Positions 60,478 to 64,000 of a stretch of DNA of 64,000 nucleotides are shown piece after piece. Origin of the DNA: Rickettsiales bacterium (GTDB taxonomy: Bacteria; Pseudomonadota; Alphaproteobacteria; Rickettsiales; UBA3002); NCBI GenBank assembly GCA_028281385.1, contig JANQJY010000004.1, positions 8,141 to 72,140 on the forward strand, written 5' to 3'. Each line of letters opens with the position of its first letter. Position 1 is the stretch's first letter. Both the position numbers and the translations under genes were made by a program. The notes beneath the pieces were generated by a model. The model worked only from the letters and a program-made list of their open reading frames with translations, was not told the DNA's origin and made no database searches.

Positions 60478-63319
60478 CCGCAGCGTTTCATTGCTAAGCG
60501 GTGCAGCTGTTCTGATTGCGGTCAGCGCCTCCGCTGATGAGGCAGAGCGACTGCTTGGCGTCACTGATATTGATCCCGTTGTTCGCGAGGTAATCGATGA
60601 TGCCTTTGCCGATGGTAGTGGTTCCCTTCCTGGCCTGATCAAAAAAGTATCCAGCGGGCAGATGCATCCTGGTGCAGCCGCTGAAGAAATTATCGGCGGT
60701 GCCGAAGGTGAGATGATGCACATCTTAAAGCGGTTGGGTCTGGGCGCGGAGGCCCTGCGTATGAATACCAGCTGGCAAGCCTTTGCCAAAGCCCGGTTTG
60801 AGGCCAAGACCAGCCAGAATATTAAGCTGCCAAAACTGCCTAAGGGACTCAAAGCGCCATCGCTACCCGCGCTGCATCATCATGCCAGGAAAGACGATGC
60901 ACCTGCTGATATCGATAAAAAACTCAGGCAGCTTGACCGCCAGCTCGCCCATACGATTGAGACGAAACCAAAAGTCTCGCACATCAAGGAAAACCTAGAA
61001 CGCGAATCACATGTGCGCGATATCCATGCGCGTGCCAAAACACCCGATATTCAAACGCCACGTCCTTCGATTGATCGTAGTTTGGCAAACGGTCTGGCAA
61101 ACGTGGCGCGTCCTGGTGCGATCCATCCATCCGTTGATACTAAACTGGCTAAGATCGATTCGATTAAGCCGGATGTCACACGGCCGTCAATCGATTCATC
61201 CATATCGAAACCCGCGGTGAATGTTGGTGACATAAAGACCAGGCTCAAAAATATTGGCGCATCGGTTGATCCCTCAACCACCGTTGATAAGGTGAAGCCG
61301 TCGGTCAATATCGCAGATATAACTCAACAGGTGGGAGATGTTGCACGGCCAGATGACATACCCCAGCCCGGAAATATCTCACAGCAAGTTAACGCTGCCA
61401 CTGCTGGCATCGATCCGTCTGTTAATCCGGCACTTGCGCAACTAAACGATCTGTCGAACCGAGTGACTGCACAAGTAAACCCGAACGTTAACCCGGAGGT
61501 TGACCCACGCACAAAAATCGGCGACTTGCGACAACGTGTGGAACAATCGGTGGATGTTGATGCCATCCGTCAGCGTGTGAGTGCTGCGGTCGATCCCGAT
61601 GCGCTGAAGAAAAAAATCGAAGGCAAAGTTGATGTCTCATCCATCCGGCGCAAAAGTACTGCGAATATTGATGTCAATCTGGATAAAGCCAAAGACCGCA
61701 TCAAGGCCGCGATGAAAACGGTGTTTGGTACTGTGAATGGGTTTATGCAGAAGCAGGTCGATCAGAAACAGACTGATTATAATACCGCCAAAGCTAATTA
61801 TAATGCCATTTATGTACCGCCGATTCGCAAGCATCGCGTCTGTGTGAAGCATATTGTGATCTGTGTGAAGCACGCCAATGTACCGATTCAATCCAGCGTC
61901 GAAGCGCATAATAAGGCATTGGCGAAAAAGAAAGTCGCCGAAGGCCAGATGGATGGTGCCTATAAAGAGTTGCAGAAATACCAGAAAGGCCAGGACTATG
62001 TCTTGCAAAAAGAAACTGATACCTACGGCCAGCTCGATACCGTCTTTGCCAGCGCCAACACCTCGAGCGATGTTGCCGTTCAGGTCAGCTCTGATCCAGC
62101 AGAAACTGCAACGGCTGAGGCGCCCGGCAAACAGAAGAAACGGGTGCCGGGAGGCTCACATGATCACGATGTGGTGGTGATCGCTGATAACATCACCGAA
62201 AATATTGTCTCTGTTGGCACCATCACGGCGGCTATCGGTTCAGACTCCGTCGCCACGACTGATATTGGCGCGATCGGCGATATCAGTGACACACGCGTGC
62301 TCGGCGATATCCGCCAAACCATCATTGCACCTGGTGTGATCAGTGCGTCGCTGGGGTATAATACGTCCGCTGATGTGCGCATCGGAAATATTGATGGCAC
62401 TGTCAATGGCAGGCTGGATCGTGATGTGAATGCCGTGGGCGTGCTTGCTGCCGCGATTGGTGGAGATTCAGATGCCAGTGTAGAGCTTGCGAATATCAAT
62501 GGCATTGTAAACGGATCTGCCCAGCAAGACGTCACCGTCGTCGGCGCATTAGCGGCATCCATTGGCGCAGATACCTCTGCACGTGTCCATATGGCGAATC
62601 TTGGGCAAGGCATTCGTGTCGGATCACTTGATCAGCGTATCATTCAGGCCACTCCCGCAATTGCTGCGGCCATCGGCTATGATGCAGATGCCTGGATCAC
62701 TGCGGGTCAGGTTAATGCCGACGTTACCGGCAATGTCAAACAGCATATCAATATTGGCTCGGTGATCGCCGCCGCCATTGGTAGCCGTACGGAAACGAAG
62801 ATTCGCATTGGGGAGGTCAATGAGAAAGTCACTGGCGATGTCACGCAAAACATCAATGCCGGTTCCATCACCAATATTGCCATCGGGGCAGGTACTAAGG
62901 CCAATACTGATGTCGGCGTCATTGATGCGCCTGTCACCGGTGATGTCACCCAGAATATCAATACCGGTGTGATTACTACCGCGACTGTGGGGGTTGGCAC
63001 CGGTGCGGAAACGGTCGTCGGTGCGATTCGCGCCCCGGTCAATGGTGATGTAAATCAAAATATCTCGGTGGGTGATATCACCACCTTTTCTATCGGACTG
63101 GGAATTGGCGGCGATGCCGATATCCGGGCACGCAGCTATGTTGGTTCTGTCTTCCAACCTGTCAACGGTCCGGTCAATATCAAGGTCAACACAGGTGGCA
63201 TCGTCTCGCTCGGGTTCGGTTTAGACATAGATTTAGGGCCATTTGGTGAATTACGCATTGTAGAAAGTGGCTGTGAAGGCGGTAGTGTGCGCTTAGGAAA
63301 TATAGGAAACCCATGTTAA
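60452..63319 (+). CDS. large secreted repeat protein (955 aa): Pro/Asp/Val-rich N-terminal half plus ~10 tandem ~34-aa AAIG repeats
   Basis: Signal-like N-terminus ...AAVLIAVSASADE. C-terminal 380 aa are built from units such as DVTGNVKQHINIGSVIAAAIGSRTETKIRIGEVNE / KVTGDVTQNINAGSITNIAIGAGTKANTDVGVIDA. Possible HfaD-like role. Confidence 0.65.
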   Translation: MCKTPKRSSRSVSLLSGAAVLIAVSASADEAERLLGVTDIDPVVREVIDDAFADGSGSLPGLIKKVSSGQMHPGAAAEEIIGGAEGEMMHILKRLGLGAEALRMNTSWQAFAKARFEAKTSQNIKLPKLPKGLKAPSLPALHHHARKDDAPADIDKKLRQLDRQLAHTIETKPKVSHIKENLERESHVRDIHARAKTPDIQTPRPSIDRSLANGLANVARPGAIHPSVDTKLAKIDSIKPDVTRPSIDSSISKPAVNVGDIKTRLKNIGASVDPSTTVDKVKPSVNIADITQQVGDVARPDDIPQPGNISQQVNAATAGIDPSVNPALAQLNDLSNRVTAQVNPNVNPEVDPRTKIGDLRQRVEQSVDVDAIRQRVSAAVDPDALKKKIEGKVDVSSIRRKSTANIDVNLDKAKDRIKAAMKTVFGTVNGFMQKQVDQKQTDYNTAKANYNAIYVPPIRKHRVCVKHIVICVKHANVPIQSSVEAHNKALAKKKVAEGQMDGAYKELQKYQKGQDYVLQKETDTYGQLDTVFASANTSSDVAVQVSSDPAETATAEAPGKQKKRVPGGSHDHDVVVIADNITENIVSVGTITAAIGSDSVATTDIGAIGDISDTRVLGDIRQTIIAPGVISASLGYNTSADVRIGNIDGTVNGRLDRDVNAVGVLAAAIGGDSDASVELANINGIVNGSAQQDVTVVGALAASIGADTSARVHMANLGQGIRVGSLDQRIIQATPAIAAAIGYDADAWITAGQVNADVTGNVKQHINIGSVIAAAIGSRTETKIRIGEVNEKVTGDVTQNINAGSITNIAIGAGTKANTDVGVIDAPVTGDVTQNINTGVITTATVGVGTGAETVVGAIRAPVNGDVNQNISVGDITTFSIGLGIGGDADIRARSYVGSVFQPVNGPVNIKVNTGGIVSLGFGLDIDLGPFGELRIVESGCEGGSVRLGNIGNPC

Positions 63320-63834
63320 GATATTTTTCTCCCTTTCTTCTGATTGTTTTGTTTGCCGCACCGCTATATGCCGTTGATGGCTATGATCATTTCAATAATA
63401 CACGTGTTACGATTATTGCGGGTGATCGCATCGCGGTGGGTGAAGACTTGGGTGTCTATATATGGAAAGAGAAAAAATTCCGGCCCGTTGAAATTGATAA
63501 TATCGTGACACGAGGCGGTGATCTGGAACTGGAAGTCATTGACCGCAAACATAACAAGCAGTTTTTCTTTGAAATTCGTGCCGATGACCCAGGGCTTGAT
63601 TTGCTAACAGAGTTCGACCCCGGTCTGCCCTATCCGGAAGTGTTAAGCCCACAGCTACATATGGAACATGATTTACTGGAAGCGCGTGGCGATATGACCA
63701 GCCGCGGCAATCTTGTTGACCGTGGTAACCTTATCGAACAAGGCTCAAGGCTGCATGAGGAGAATATCTTAGAGCAAGGCCAGCCTTCTACGAATCAGCA
63801 TCTTTTGTATCAAGGGTTTCAACCAATTGAATGA
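63313..63834 (+). CDS. secreted hypothetical protein (173 aa), translationally coupled to the repeat protein
   Basis: ATG overlaps the upstream stop (ATGTTAA). Signal peptide MLRYFSPFLLIVLFAAPLYA. No motif recognised. Confidence 0.5.
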   Translation: MLRYFSPFLLIVLFAAPLYAVDGYDHFNNTRVTIIAGDRIAVGEDLGVYIWKEKKFRPVEIDNIVTRGGDLELEVIDRKHNKQFFFEIRADDPGLDLLTEFDPGLPYPEVLSPQLHMEHDLLEARGDMTSRGNLVDRGNLIEQGSRLHEENILEQGQPSTNQHLLYQGFQPIE

Positions 63835-64000
63835 AACAAGATAGAGAGGTCGGACAATAAATCTTCTCTTACGATTCAGTAGCTTATAGTTGTGTGGCTG
63901 ACTGTGTGGTCAGCAACTATCTTGTTTCCAACTCTTACAGGGTGGTTTTGAGGTTTTTCGGGGATTCTTGCGAGAATATCGTTGGCAAGCGCGCTTTGGT

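Noticed and set aside
62164-63157. Several 110-180-aa ORFs on the minus strand and in alternative plus frames inside the 955-aa repeat gene
   Set aside because: They are generated by the periodic repeat DNA. Their translations are low complexity (Thr/Pro/Ser/Ala runs), and they are nested in a gene with a signal peptide and a coherent repeat architecture.
58500-63320. Tandem repeats as a possible CRISPR array or non-coding satellite
   Set aside because: The repeats are in frame within long ORFs with signal peptides, are imperfect at nucleotide level and lack unique spacers of constant length. They are coding repeats.

Overview
64-kb bacterial chromosomal segment. It is probably proteobacterial: the LepA N-terminus and an HfaB/CsgG-type locus hint at Alphaproteobacteria, but I cannot verify this without a search. 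All calls come from reading the supplied ORF track and the raw sequence by eye, and motif coordinates were counted by hand.

Layout, left to right:
1. 1-2.5 kb: right end of a probable genomic island (DUF5131/Gp37-Gp68 fragment, a frameshifted gene, a DUF488 protein). It ends in a 48-nt 3' fragment of tRNA-Thr(CGU), a putative attR.
2. 2.5-8.9 kb: conserved seven-gene minus-strand cluster (SDR, DUF3833 lipoprotein, MFS, chalcone-isomerase-like, cyclopropane-fatty-acid-synthase-like, DUF1365, FAD oxidoreductase), followed by an OmpR/HK pair.
3. 11.2-15.2 kb: lepA, then two ~1.08-kb cassettes. Each carries a 253-aa prepilin-like gene and a structured leader. The cassettes are bracketed by three direct copies of the last 57 bp of lepA.
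4. 15.3-18.3 kb: orphan genes, including an IMPase-family protein with an N-terminal extension.
5. 18.4-21.8 kb: tRNA-Ala(GGC), then an AT-rich islet with a small-ORF / ABC-type ATPase / PIN-nuclease module.
6. 22-25.6 kb: XRE regulator, PspA/IM30 protein, polytopic membrane protein, and two Cys-rich exported proteins.
7. 26-36 kb: HExxH protein and an unusually long glutamate-synthase pair.
8. 36-48.4 kb: signalling island with two hybrid kinases, two paralogous response regulators, an NtrC-type activator, two sigma-54 promoters with a shared upstream motif, an OprO/P porin and a PhnD-like protein.
9. 48.6-54 kb: ion homeostasis genes (CPA2 antiporter, P-type ATPase, tandem USP).
10. 54.5-58.3 kb: tesA/ybbA/ybbP-like genes.
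11. 58.5-63.8 kb: CsgG/HfaB-type secretion locus whose 106-aa and 955-aa substrates share a ~34-aa AAIG repeat.

The most unusual item is the lepA-end cassette array with its covarying leader RNA. No CRISPR array, rRNA or recognisable IS/transposase/integrase gene was seen.
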